Source: an uncultured Deferribacteres bacterium
Lineage (GTDB): Bacteria; Zhuqueibacterota; Zhuqueibacteria; Zhuqueibacterales; Geothermadaptataceae
Assembly: GCA_964014485.1 (NCBI GenBank)
Contig: CAXHAT010000001.1
Location: forward strand, 32,001 to 96,000
DNA length: 64,000 bases
Reading direction: 5' to 3'
Part shown: positions 8,402-18,261 of the stretch, in pieces
Layout: every line of letters starts with the position of its first letter
How positions within the stretch are numbered: position 1 is the stretch's first letter
The notes under the pieces: model-generated
Databases searched by the model: none
The model's input: the letters and a program-made list of their open reading frames with translations, nothing else
Told to the model about the DNA's origin: nothing
Position numbers and translations under genes: made by a program

Positions 8402-10589
8402 TCGCTACAACAGCCGGCGAAAACGCCTCAAACTCATCGCCTTGCTCACATTGAGCTTTGCCGCCGGCGTTGTCGTTTTTTTTAAAATCCTCGGCTCGGT
8501 TTGGACGCAGTTCGACGACCAAACTCTGGATTTCTTTTACCGGGAACTGGCGGCTCGCGGCAAAGGCCCCACCGCCGGTGATCAAGTCGTCTATCTTATC
8601 GTCACCGATGAAACATACCAACGAATCAACGACGGCCAATATCGAAGCATTTTAGCCGAAGCCAATGAAGCGCTCGCCGAAATGTATCCGCAAGCCGTCG
8701 CCTTTGATTTTGTCTTTGCACGCGCCGGCTCGGACAGCATTGACCGCGAGTTCGCAGCGTCTTTAAAAGCTTTTGACAACGCCTACCTGCCCTACGGCTT
8801 TGGCGTTGAACCCAAGCCCGTGCGCTTCAAGTGGGAACAAGGCCGCGCGTTTGAGTATTTGCGCAAGAAAGACCGCTTTGCGCCAAAATTTGAAAACGGA
8901 AACGGCGCCCCCTTCCACGCCAGGCGCGCTATCGTCCAAAACGACAAATTTCTTTCACCGGATTTCGGCGCGGGACACATTAGCGCCGTCAATGATCTCG
9001 ACGGCATTTATCGACAAATATGCGCCGTCATCAAAGTTGACTCTCTTTTTGCGCCAACCTTGTCCCTAGCGATGTTTCTGGATTATGTGGAAGTGCCGCC
9101 GGATTCGCTGGAAATTCATTGGGGCAAGCATATTCGCATACCGGCGCTGACCGAAAGCTATCTCGAAAACGACGTCATTTTACCCATCGATCAATCCGGG
9201 CGAACCTTCGTTCCTTTTCCCGACGTCTGGGGAGAAGACTTTCCACAAATGACGCTGCACGGCTTGCTCGACCAACGCAAATCGGAAGACAACGCCGGAA
9301 ATTTATCGGCGTTTTTCGAAGGAAAATTTGTTTTTGTTGGAGAAGCCGCTACCGGCGTTTCCGACCTAGGACAGACGCCATTGGAGCCCGACGTGCCGTT
9401 GGTCGCCGTCCACGCGGCGATGATGAACGCTTTTTTACAGAATCAGTTTTATCGGAAATGGGGGTTTTGGGAGACCATCGCCGTTATCGTCGTTTCAGGG
9501 CTTTTGTTTGCTCTTGCTGCAATGATTCGACGCGCTAGCGCTTTGTACTTCGCCGGAGTGATTGTCATCGGCGCGCAAATCGCGCTCACTTTTTTTGAAA
9601 TGGACAACGGCGCGCTTTTCCCGCTGACGACGGTTTTTCGCGCAAGCCTGGTGTTCTTTATCGGCCTGCTTATCGGCATCCAAATATTTACTTCAAAAGA
9701 ACAAACCCAGCTTCGGAACGCTTTTTCCAAGTATGTTCCGGAAGGATTGATGAACGAAATCCTCTCCAAGCCGGAACTGTTGACCGTTGGCGGAGAGCAG
9801 CGGGAGCTCACGGTTCTTTTCGCCGACCTTGTTGGTTTCACGACTATTTCAGAGACCGTTCCCGCGAAAGTTTTCGTGCCCATGCTCAACGAGTATTTCT
9901 CGGAAATGACCAAGATCATTTTCGACGAAGGCGGCATTCTCGACAAGTACATGGGCGACGCCATCATGGCGGAATTCGGCGCGCCGTTGCCGGTTTCAAA
10001 TCACGCAGAATTGGCCGTCACTGCCGCGCTAAAAATGCAAGAACGCTTGCAGCAACTGCAATGGGCCTGGGGACGCCAAAATCTGCCGCCGCTGCAATGC
10101 CGCATCGGGATCAACACCGGACGCATGGCGGTCGGCAACATGGGCTCGGACATACTTTTTGATTATACAGTGATCGGCGACGCAGTCAATTTGGCCGCTC
10201 GCCTCGAAGGCGCGAATCGATTTTACGGCACTTCGGTCATGATTTCCGAATCGACGCTGAAAGCTCTGCCACAAGGCAGTTTTCGCACGCGCTTGCTCGA
10301 CATGGTGCGGGTGAAGGGAAAACGGAAAGCGATCAAAATTTTTGAAGTGCGCGGCTTCAGCGGAGAGGCGGTGAATCCTGTGGACGAAATGTACAGAGTT
10401 TGCTATGAAAACGGCATGACCGCCTATTTAGAGCGCAAATTCCAGGAAGCGCATCGCCATTTTACGCAAGCTCAGGCTATCCGCCCTAATGATCCAGCTT
10501 CCATCCTCATGTTAAAAAGATTAAGAACGGCAAAAGAACGCCTGGTCAGCGCCGACTGGGACGGCTCCATAACTCTCACCGAGAAATAA
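8388..10589 (+). CDS. CHASE2-domain class III adenylate cyclase with C-terminal TPR-like helix
   Basis: CHASE2 motifs (AFDFVF, DLDGIYR, VHAAMMNAFL); 3 TM helices; FADLVGFT, DKYMGDAIMA, DYTVIGDAVNLAARLE. Confidence 0.92.
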   Translation: MLKNSRYNSRRKRLKLIALLTLSFAAGVVVFFKILGSVWTQFDDQTLDFFYRELAARGKGPTAGDQVVYLIVTDETYQRINDGQYRSILAEANEALAEMYPQAVAFDFVFARAGSDSIDREFAASLKAFDNAYLPYGFGVEPKPVRFKWEQGRAFEYLRKKDRFAPKFENGNGAPFHARRAIVQNDKFLSPDFGAGHISAVNDLDGIYRQICAVIKVDSLFAPTLSLAMFLDYVEVPPDSLEIHWGKHIRIPALTESYLENDVILPIDQSGRTFVPFPDVWGEDFPQMTLHGLLDQRKSEDNAGNLSAFFEGKFVFVGEAATGVSDLGQTPLEPDVPLVAVHAAMMNAFLQNQFYRKWGFWETIAVIVVSGLLFALAAMIRRASALYFAGVIVIGAQIALTFFEMDNGALFPLTTVFRASLVFFIGLLIGIQIFTSKEQTQLRNAFSKYVPEGLMNEILSKPELLTVGGEQRELTVLFADLVGFTTISETVPAKVFVPMLNEYFSEMTKIIFDEGGILDKYMGDAIMAEFGAPLPVSNHAELAVTAALKMQERLQQLQWAWGRQNLPPLQCRIGINTGRMAVGNMGSDILFDYTVIGDAVNLAARLEGANRFYGTSVMISESTLKALPQGSFRTRLLDMVRVKGKRKAIKIFEVRGFSGEAVNPVDEMYRVCYENGMTAYLERKFQEAHRHFTQAQAIRPNDPASILMLKRLRTAKERLVSADWDGSITLTEK

Positions 10590-10703
10590 TCGCTTAACGG
10601 GCGCGTTGCACTTCAAGGCTCCCAAAGCGCCCCCCTTTCACCTCCCGTCTGTGTTAAAATCTGCACAAAACTCTATTTAACCTACAAAATGAAACAAATT
10701 CTC

Positions 10704-10736
10704 TTGACTCGCGTTTGTTTGTTCTACATTTTAGGA
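10704..10736 (+). promoter_or_regulatory. Putative padR promoter with imperfect palindromic PadR-type operator
   Basis: TTGACT at 10704; imperfect palindrome TTCTACATTTTAGGA (10722-10736) overlaps the -10 region. Confidence 0.4.
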
Positions 10737-10767
10737 GAAAGGGCTGATTTTGACCACGAGAGAAAAG

Positions 10768-11097
10768 ATGAAACTTCTCACCCGCTCCGAAGAATTCCTG
10801 CTTTTGGCAATCTGGCGTTTGCAAAACAACGCCTATGGCGTGACGATTCGCGAACAACTGAAAGAGTCCACCGGTAAATCCTGGGCGTTTGGCGCCTTGT
10901 TCGTTTCGTTGGATCGTTTGGTAAAAAAGGGCTTTCTACAATCTCATCTCTCAGACCCAACGCCTGAACGCGGCGGACGCAGCAAGCGAATGTATCGCCT
11001 GACCGACGAGGGTATGAAAGCCTTGCTCGAAGTAAAGCAGGTCGAAAAAAAGATGTGGGCCGATTTACCGAATTTAGCGCCTGAGAAAACAAAATGA
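10768..11097 (+). CDS. PadR-family transcriptional regulator
   Basis: EEFLLLAI...NAYGVTI...GALFVSLDRLVKKG...PTPERGGRSKRMYRLT. Confidence 0.92.
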   Translation: MKLLTRSEEFLLLAIWRLQNNAYGVTIREQLKESTGKSWAFGALFVSLDRLVKKGFLQSHLSDPTPERGGRSKRMYRLTDEGMKALLEVKQVEKKMWADLPNLAPEKTK

Positions 11098-13664
11098 AGC
11101 CGCCTCGCCTTGCCGAAAAGCTCGTTTCAATCCTCTTCCCCGACGAAGGAGTCCACTCGCCGTCCGGCGACTTGGCGGAAGTGTTTGGCTCAATTTACGA
11201 AAAAAACGGTGCGCTGCGGGCGAGACTCTGGTACTGGAGCGAATGCTTGCGAGCCGTCCCCGCTTATCTCAAATTCTCATTTTTCCGGAGTCTTTCCATG
11301 CTAAAAAACTACCTCACGGTCGCTTTCCGCAGCCTGTACAAAAACAAGCTTTCGTCGATGATCAACGTGCTCGGCCTTGCCATTGCCATTAGTTGCGCCA
11401 TGGCGGTTTACTTGTTTCTCGACTTGCAATTCAGCATGGATCGTTTTCACAAAAACATCGAAAAAATCTTTCTGGTTGAGCATACAATCGAAAACGGCGG
11501 CAAGCGCGAGTTGTGGGGCAATTCGCCCGCGCCGTTGGCTCCGGCTTTGAAACAGGATTTCCCGCAAATCGAATACGCTGTGCGCCTGAGCGAAGCGCGA
11601 GGAGCGTTCAAATACGGAGACCGCATTTTCGATGAGCGCATCACTTTCGTCGATCCTGATTTTTTCAACATGTTCACATTCCCGCTGCTCAGGGGCGAGC
11701 CCGAAGCGCTGCGCGACGAAAGCGCGTTGATTTTAAGCAAAGAAATGGCCGAAAAATATTTTGGTGATGAGAACCCGCTCGGCAAACAAGTTTCCGTCAC
11801 TTTTGGCAACGCCCAGGTCGAGACTTTCTTTGTCCGCGGCGTTGCGGAAGAATTCCCCAAAAGCACGAGCTTCAACGTTGACATTTTTTCTGCTTTCGAA
11901 AAGCAAAGAGATTTGGGAATCGATCTCAACGACTGGTCACAGCCGCGAGGATGCGCGTTTGTCCAACTTTCCGACCCCGCCGACGCAAAAAATATCGCAC
12001 CTCAACTCGAGCGTTATGTTGAACGGCAAAACGCCGCTTCGCAGGACAGGTCTGTGACGGCTTTTCTTCTCGATCCCATGCTAGAAGCGATTGAGAAACC
12101 GCTGGAGATTCGAGGCAGCCTGATTGGCGGCTTTCATCCTGCAACGTCGATTATCATGTCGGTTGTCGGCATTCTTGTACTTTCATTGGCGTGCTTCAAT
12201 TTTGTCAATATCGCCATCGTCTCGGCGGCGCGGCGATTGAAGGAAATCGGCCTGCGCAAAGTCGTGGGCGGACACAAACGGCAGCTCGTCGGTCAATTTA
12301 TCGGGGAAAGCTTGCTCGTTTGTTTCATTGCGCTATTCGCGGGCGTCATGATCGCGGAGTTTTTTGTCGTTCCCGGCTTGAACAACTTGATCGGCTCAAC
12401 GCAATTCGAGCTTGAGTTTGCGGCCAACGGCTGGCTGTGGGCCTACTTGCTGCTTGTCTTGACGTTGACAGGACTCGGGGCCGGAGCTTATCCCGCATTT
12501 TACGTTTCTGCATTTCAGCCGGTGAAGATTTTTCGCGGCAAACAAACGATTGACGGCAAAAAGCGATTTACACGCGCGCTGTTATTGGTGCAGTTCGTTT
12601 TCTCCTTCCTGCTCATTTCTATCGGCGTGGTGCTTTATCAAAACGCTGAATATCAAAAAAGCCACGATTGGGGCTATAATCAGGAGCAGACGCTGGTCGT
12701 GTCATTCCCAAACGGCGATGCGCAGCAACGTTTTCGTAACGCCGCCGAGCAAATTCCAGAGATTATCGAAATGGCGGGCGCGGTTAATCATGTTGGCGCA
12801 TCAACCGGGCGGACAACGGCAAAATTCGCTGAAGATAAACACGACGTTGTCCGCTTCGAAGTCGGCGCGGGATATTTTGAGACGCTCGGTTTACGCCTGA
12901 AATCCGGGCGCGTTTTCGACCGCAATTTGGTAACCGACGTCGAAGAATCAGTGATCGTGAACGAAACTTTTGTCGAAGCGCTAGGCTGGGAAGATGCTGC
13001 CGGCAAACGCATAGAAAGCGAAGGCAAAACGTATCACATCATCGGCGTTGCGGAAGATTTTCATTACGCCGGTTTCCTTTTCAAGATTGAACCGGCGGTG
13101 CTGCAATTGGCCAAGGAAGAAAACCATCTTTATCTGGCTATGCGCGTCCGTCCCGGCGCGGCGGCGCAGACCGATGAAAAGCTGCGGGACTTGTGGGCGG
13201 CGCAAATCCCCAACCTACCCTACTCCGGTTTTTTCCAGGACGGCGTTTTCGACGCCTTTTTCCGCAGCGCCGATCGCGGCGCCCGCATGTTTGTGTTCGT
13301 CTCGGCAATTGCATTGGTGATTTCTTGCATGGGTTTGTTTGGCCTGGTTACGCTCAGTTTGGCGAAACGTATGAAAGAAATCAGCGTGCGCAAAGTGCTC
13401 GGCGCATCGCTTTCTCAGGTTATCGCGCTGGTCAACAAAGAATTTTTCTGGATTTTGCTCATATCAATTATCATCGCGGCGCCCTTGAGTTACATGGCCG
13501 CCGACGTGATGCTGCAATTCGGATTCAAATATAACAAGCCGTTGACTTTCGCGCCTTTTGCACAAACCGGCTTGCTCGTTTTGGGCACAGCCGCGTTGAC
13601 GGTGCTTTCACAAGTCTATCGCGGCGCCACGGCAAATCCAGTGGACGCTTTGCGGAATGAATGA
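11094..13664 (+). CDS. Duplicated MacB/FtsX-type ABC permease (ADOP-like) 1
   Basis: Prefix PPRLAE..GDL..WYW; RLKEIGLRKVVG and RMKEISVRKVLGA; ends NPVDALRNE. Confidence 0.92.
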   Translation: MKPPRLAEKLVSILFPDEGVHSPSGDLAEVFGSIYEKNGALRARLWYWSECLRAVPAYLKFSFFRSLSMLKNYLTVAFRSLYKNKLSSMINVLGLAIAISCAMAVYLFLDLQFSMDRFHKNIEKIFLVEHTIENGGKRELWGNSPAPLAPALKQDFPQIEYAVRLSEARGAFKYGDRIFDERITFVDPDFFNMFTFPLLRGEPEALRDESALILSKEMAEKYFGDENPLGKQVSVTFGNAQVETFFVRGVAEEFPKSTSFNVDIFSAFEKQRDLGIDLNDWSQPRGCAFVQLSDPADAKNIAPQLERYVERQNAASQDRSVTAFLLDPMLEAIEKPLEIRGSLIGGFHPATSIIMSVVGILVLSLACFNFVNIAIVSAARRLKEIGLRKVVGGHKRQLVGQFIGESLLVCFIALFAGVMIAEFFVVPGLNNLIGSTQFELEFAANGWLWAYLLLVLTLTGLGAGAYPAFYVSAFQPVKIFRGKQTIDGKKRFTRALLLVQFVFSFLLISIGVVLYQNAEYQKSHDWGYNQEQTLVVSFPNGDAQQRFRNAAEQIPEIIEMAGAVNHVGASTGRTTAKFAEDKHDVVRFEVGAGYFETLGLRLKSGRVFDRNLVTDVEESVIVNETFVEALGWEDAAGKRIESEGKTYHIIGVAEDFHYAGFLFKIEPAVLQLAKEENHLYLAMRVRPGAAAQTDEKLRDLWAAQIPNLPYSGFFQDGVFDAFFRSADRGARMFVFVSAIALVISCMGLFGLVTLSLAKRMKEISVRKVLGASLSQVIALVNKEFFWILLISIIIAAPLSYMAADVMLQFGFKYNKPLTFAPFAQTGLLVLGTAALTVLSQVYRGATANPVDALRNE

Positions 13665-13672
13665 GGGATATT

Positions 13673-13702
13673 CTCGTGACAACTGCAGAGAGCCGTCACG
13701 AG
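13673..13702. terminator. Hairpin between convergent genes
   Basis: CTCGTGAC-N14-GTCACGAG. Confidence 0.45.
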
Positions 13703-13717
13703 TGTAAAAATGTAGTG

Positions 13718-13918
13718 TTATTTACGTCGATGTCGAGGTATAGGTGGAACGTTAAAAACCCCATTATTTTGATAAGAGTCACGAAGAGCGCGTGTCGGAG
13801 AATAAACATATTCGGGATTAGGAGTAAACTTGCCATTTTGTTTTTCAAGTCTTTCTCGTTCGCGCTTTTCATCTAATAATCGCTCAACTGGATCATTAAC
13901 TAGAGAAGAATAAAACAT
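13718..13918 (-). CDS. Small (66 aa) hydrophilic hypothetical protein
   Basis: Strong RBS TAAGGAG about 9 nt before the ATG; fills an otherwise empty AT-rich gap. Confidence 0.6.
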   Translation of the reverse strand: MFYSSLVNDPVERLLDEKRERERLEKQNGKFTPNPEYVYSPTRALRDSYQNNGVFNVPPIPRHRRK

Positions 13919-14066
13919 AAGTTTCGTCTCCTTAAATAATGCTTGGATGCCACGTATATACTGAGTCTTTGCTCAGCATATGGTTATGTTTAGGTGTTTG
14001 ATAAAAGATTCAGGTTTAATGCTGAAGCAACCTAAATCTATTCGAACCCATCTCAGATAAGATGGT
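13919..14066 (-). ncRNA. Candidate structured 5' leader or ncRNA with three hairpins
   Basis: Stems at 14048-14065, 14006-14039 and 13956-13981, each with a G-U pair valid only on the minus strand. Confidence 0.45.
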
Positions 14067-14377
14067 CAATTAAAGTTACAAATTTCAATCAAAAGATCAA
14101 GAAACATTGAGGATAAGAAGCTTCAGGTTCGTCGAAGCTTTTCTTTTTGCTCGGCTTTTGTGGAATCCCCGATGCACCAATGCCGACACATTGCATCCGC
14201 CAACGATCATGGAAGAAGCGGGATAAGATCCTTGGGCACTGTTCCGCAGAGGATTATATAATTGCCCGGCAAGAAGAAAATCCCCCGCAATACCGAGGTC
14301 TCTTAGAATGAGATGGAATTTCTCTCTTTGACGCTCTTGTTTGATAATTCAAACCCGAATAACGAAGGGAGGAAATT

Positions 14378-15523
14378 ATGAGAAGCACTGAAATTTCAAT
14401 GAAGCCGTTTTCAAAATTCTGGGCAATTGCTTTGTGCGTTTGCGCCGGAGCTTGCAGCGACAAATTGCCGACAAGTTCCGGCGGAAGCGGAGGCAGAGCT
14501 TTCAGGCCGAGCGGCGATAACACGTCCGGCGCAGGCTTCGGCGTTTCGGGATTGCTGTTTGAAAACAACCTGATCATGTGGGATCGTGAAAATGACGGCA
14601 ATCGAAACGAGCTATTTTCCCAGATGTATTTCACCAGATTGGACGTTTCCGATTTCCCGGTCTGGGGCGCATTTCCGGAGCAATACCTCGCTTCCGGCGG
14701 CGTGCCGCGTGACGGAATTCCCGCGCTGGTTAACCCGCGATTTGTCTCAGCAAGCTCCAGCGAATTGAGCTACTTGCGCGATGATGATTTGGTTTTAGGA
14801 ACGGTCATTAACAATGAAGCAAAAGCCTACCCGGAAAACATTTTGTGGTGGCATGAAATCATCAACGATAAAGCCGGCGGGGAAGACGTCATCATGACTT
14901 TGTGCCCGCTGACAGGAACCGGAATGCTTTTCCGAGCGCCCGAAAATTCAAACAACGCTGACCGTCTTGAATTGATGCCCGTTGTAGAAACAACATGGAG
15001 AAAATGGCGGGAATTACACCCAACCACCAAAGTCGTTTCCGGCGACACGAACTTTGACAGAGACTACACCAACTACCCCTATTCCACCTATAGAGACGAA
15101 GAAGTTCCGCCGCTTTTTGGCATTAGAACAGGCCAATACAATTCACAATTCGCGCCCAAACACACGGTGCTCGGACTATTCGTCGGCGACGTCCAAAAAG
15201 CGTATCCATTTTCGCGCTTGGCGTCGCGGCCAGTCATTAACGACGAAGTTAACGGCAGCGAAATTCTAATCGTTTCCGAGCTTGACGAGAAGCTTGCAAT
15301 TCCTTATGAGCGGACGGTCGACGGCAGAGTCCTCACATTTAAGCTCGAAAGCTCAGAACCGTTTGTGATGACGGACAACGAAACAAACAGCTCGTGGGAC
15401 ATTAAAGGCCGCGCCGTCTCCGGCGAATTGCGCGGCAAACAACTGGTTCAAATTCCAGCCCATAACGCATTCTGGTTTGCGTGGTCGGTTTTTTGGCCCG
15501 AGACGCTGATTTTGGATCAATAA
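14378..15523 (+). CDS. DUF3179-family lipoprotein (rearranged)
   Basis: Lipobox AGA-C; SGGVPRDGIPAL, KAYP, WHEIIND, CPLTG, TTWRKW, FWFAW. Confidence 0.85.
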   Translation: MRSTEISMKPFSKFWAIALCVCAGACSDKLPTSSGGSGGRAFRPSGDNTSGAGFGVSGLLFENNLIMWDRENDGNRNELFSQMYFTRLDVSDFPVWGAFPEQYLASGGVPRDGIPALVNPRFVSASSSELSYLRDDDLVLGTVINNEAKAYPENILWWHEIINDKAGGEDVIMTLCPLTGTGMLFRAPENSNNADRLELMPVVETTWRKWRELHPTTKVVSGDTNFDRDYTNYPYSTYRDEEVPPLFGIRTGQYNSQFAPKHTVLGLFVGDVQKAYPFSRLASRPVINDEVNGSEILIVSELDEKLAIPYERTVDGRVLTFKLESSEPFVMTDNETNSSWDIKGRAVSGELRGKQLVQIPAHNAFWFAWSVFWPETLILDQ

Positions 15524-15541
15524 AAAGATGCGACCCAAACA

Positions 15542-18166
15542 TTGCTGCGACGCTTGAACAAAAACGCACCCCCCAAGATCGCCGAATGGCTGCTCACAAA
15601 ATTTTTTCCCGATAACGGCGAAGCCACTATGTCGGGAGATGCGGCTGAAGTTTTTCAAAGCTACGTCGAGCAATACGGTCGACGGCGAGCAAAACTGTGG
15701 TACTGGGGACAGGTTTTAGCAGCGACGCCGTCGTGGGTGATGAACGGCTTTTATTGGAGGACGGTCATGTTTGCAAACTACGTGAAAATCGCCTTGCGCA
15801 ACCTGCGGCGGCAAAAAGGCTATGCGTTCATTAACATTGCGGGGCTGGCTATTGGCGTTGCCGCGTGCCTGCTCATCGTTCTTTACGTCCGGCACGAGCT
15901 CAGCTACGACCGTTTTCACAAAAAAGCGGAGAGAATTTATCGCGTTGCATCGCAGCGCAGCACTGGACAAGCGGTTGAACGTATTGCAAAAGCGCCATTC
16001 CCGGCGGCGCGGACGCTTGCTAACAATCTCCCGGAAATCGAGCAATCCGTCCGTTTGTTTCGTGCTACTAACGGCGCAAGCGTGTCATTGGCCGAGGATC
16101 GATATACCGAGATGCAGTTCTACTTTGCTGATCCGGGCTTTTTTGAACTGTTTGACTTTCCGCTCATACGCGGCGAACGCTCCGCAGTTTTGGCGCAGCC
16201 GGACGCCATGGTAATCACCAAGAAAATCGCACAAAAGTACTTCGGCGATCAAAATCCCGTCGGCAAACGCTTGAACGTGCGGCTGGTCGGTCGGGAAGAA
16301 GATTTTGTCATCACCGGCGTGGTTGAAAAAACGGGGCGACCGTCTCACATCGACTTCGATTTTCTCATTTCCTTCGAATCGAGCCTCAATCTTTGGGACG
16401 TCATGCACGGCGGCGAATGGGACGCCGGCATTCTCGGCGCCTGGACGTACCTGCTGCTTGGGGACGGCGCATCAGCCGATGACCTTGAACGCAAGCTCCC
16501 CGAGCTCGTTCGCAGCCACGCTCAAGCTTCAGTACAGAATCGAATATCATTTTTTCTACAGCCTCTGACAGACGTCCATCTCAATTCTCAACTCCGCGGC
16601 GAAATTGGAACGAACGGCAACATCCTTTACATTTATCTTTTTTCGATTATCGCTTTTCTTGTGCTGCTGATCGCGTGCATCAATTTTATGAATTTGGCGA
16701 CGGCGCGTTCAATGCGACGGGCGAAAGAGGTCGGCATGCGCAAAACCCTCGGCGCGCAAAAGCAACAATTGGTGCGGCAGTTTTTGGGCGAATCATTGGT
16801 CGTTAGCTTCATCGCCGTCGTACTAGCTGTATTGATCGTTTACCTCACTCTGCCCTGGTTTTCCGCCTTAATCGGACAGTCGCTGCAATTTGACGCCGGC
16901 GACGGATTTTTGATTTTAAGCCTGCTCGGGTTTTGCCTGCTTACCGGCGTGCTCGCAGGCGGCTACCCAGCGTTTTTTCTGTCAAAATTCAAACCTGTGA
17001 ACGCACTCAAAAGCGCGCTAAGCGTTAGCCGCGACGGTCATTCAACACTGCGCAAAATTCTGGTCGCGGCGCAATTTTCCGTTGCCGTCGCCTTGCTCAG
17101 TAGTTTGGCAATTATCTCCAACCAGCTCGATTTCCTGCGCCATAAAGAGCTTGGCTTCAACAAAGAAGAGTTGCTCGTCATTACCGGACGGGTCGGGGTC
17201 AATTACGAGACGTTCAAAAACGCATTACAACAAGACTCGCGTATTCTCGGCGTCACCGCTGCGGCGCGCATCCCCGGCGGGCGGCCTTTGCCGAGCAATC
17301 TTTTTTACCGGCAAGGTCAAAATAAAGAGGCGGGCTTGACCATGGATTGGCTGCACGTCGATCAAGATTTCTTGCAAACCTTCGAACTCGAGTTGCTCCA
17401 GGGCGCCAATTTCACTGAAGAAGATCCGGACGGCGCGATTCTCAACGAAACGGCGGCGCAGTTGCTCGCCTTCGCGAAAAGCCCGCTCGGCAGAACGATC
17501 ATCCAGGTTGACGATCTCAAAAGAATACGCGAACGCCGGGTCATTGGGATTGTCAAAGACGTCCATTTCGAATCATTACACACACAAGTCAAACCGTTAG
17601 TCATGACGGGCGAGGGACGAGGGCGCTCACGCATTGTCGTCCGCATCGCAGCCGGAGATGTTTCCGGCGCGCTTGATCATATCCGCGCGGCGTGGCAAAC
17701 TATCCCGCAAAGTCGCGAGTGGCCGCTCGATTTTTTCTTCGTCGATCAGGAACTCGAAAATCTCTACCAACAGGAAGAACGCCTCAGCAACATGGTGCAA
17801 TCCTTTTCCGGGTTAGCAATGTTGGTGTCTTGTCTCGGCTTGTTCGGTCTGGCGGCTTATTCCGCGGAGCAACGCACCAAAGAGATTGGCATTCGCAAAG
17901 TCTTCGGCGCTTCGATTGGGCGCGTGATGGTTTTGCTGTCAAAAGAATTCATCTGGCTGATCGGCGCCGCGTTTGTCATCGCCGCACCGATCAGTTTTGT
18001 CTTGATGCAAAGCTGGCTGCAGGGCTTCGCCTACCGTGCGGAAATCACGCTCGGGGCGTTTCTTTGGGCGGGCGGGCTCGCCGCGCTCATCGCGGGACTG
18101 ACGATCAGCTTTCAAACGATCAAAGCCGCAGTCGCCAACCCAATCGAAAGCCTGCGACATGAGTAG
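15542..18166 (+). CDS. Duplicated MacB/FtsX-type ABC permease (ADOP-like) 2 (start uncertain)
   Basis: PPKIAEW..GD..WYW prefix; RAKEVGMRKTLGA, RTKEIGIRKVFGA; ends NPIESLRHE. Confidence 0.92.
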   Translation: MLRRLNKNAPPKIAEWLLTKFFPDNGEATMSGDAAEVFQSYVEQYGRRRAKLWYWGQVLAATPSWVMNGFYWRTVMFANYVKIALRNLRRQKGYAFINIAGLAIGVAACLLIVLYVRHELSYDRFHKKAERIYRVASQRSTGQAVERIAKAPFPAARTLANNLPEIEQSVRLFRATNGASVSLAEDRYTEMQFYFADPGFFELFDFPLIRGERSAVLAQPDAMVITKKIAQKYFGDQNPVGKRLNVRLVGREEDFVITGVVEKTGRPSHIDFDFLISFESSLNLWDVMHGGEWDAGILGAWTYLLLGDGASADDLERKLPELVRSHAQASVQNRISFFLQPLTDVHLNSQLRGEIGTNGNILYIYLFSIIAFLVLLIACINFMNLATARSMRRAKEVGMRKTLGAQKQQLVRQFLGESLVVSFIAVVLAVLIVYLTLPWFSALIGQSLQFDAGDGFLILSLLGFCLLTGVLAGGYPAFFLSKFKPVNALKSALSVSRDGHSTLRKILVAAQFSVAVALLSSLAIISNQLDFLRHKELGFNKEELLVITGRVGVNYETFKNALQQDSRILGVTAAARIPGGRPLPSNLFYRQGQNKEAGLTMDWLHVDQDFLQTFELELLQGANFTEEDPDGAILNETAAQLLAFAKSPLGRTIIQVDDLKRIRERRVIGIVKDVHFESLHTQVKPLVMTGEGRGRSRIVVRIAAGDVSGALDHIRAAWQTIPQSREWPLDFFFVDQELENLYQQEERLSNMVQSFSGLAMLVSCLGLFGLAAYSAEQRTKEIGIRKVFGASIGRVMVLLSKEFIWLIGAAFVIAAPISFVLMQSWLQGFAYRAEITLGAFLWAGGLAALIAGLTISFQTIKAAVANPIESLRHE

Positions 18167-18261
18167 TTTTGGTTCGACAAGGCGTCGTTGACAGAATTAA
18201 TTGTCTCATAATTTTTCCTTCAATCGTTCTGAACGAACACATTGCCACAATTTAAACCAGG

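Noticed and set aside
14378..15523. Selenoprotein form of DUF3179
   Set aside because: The motif is ordinary CPLT with no in-frame TGA.
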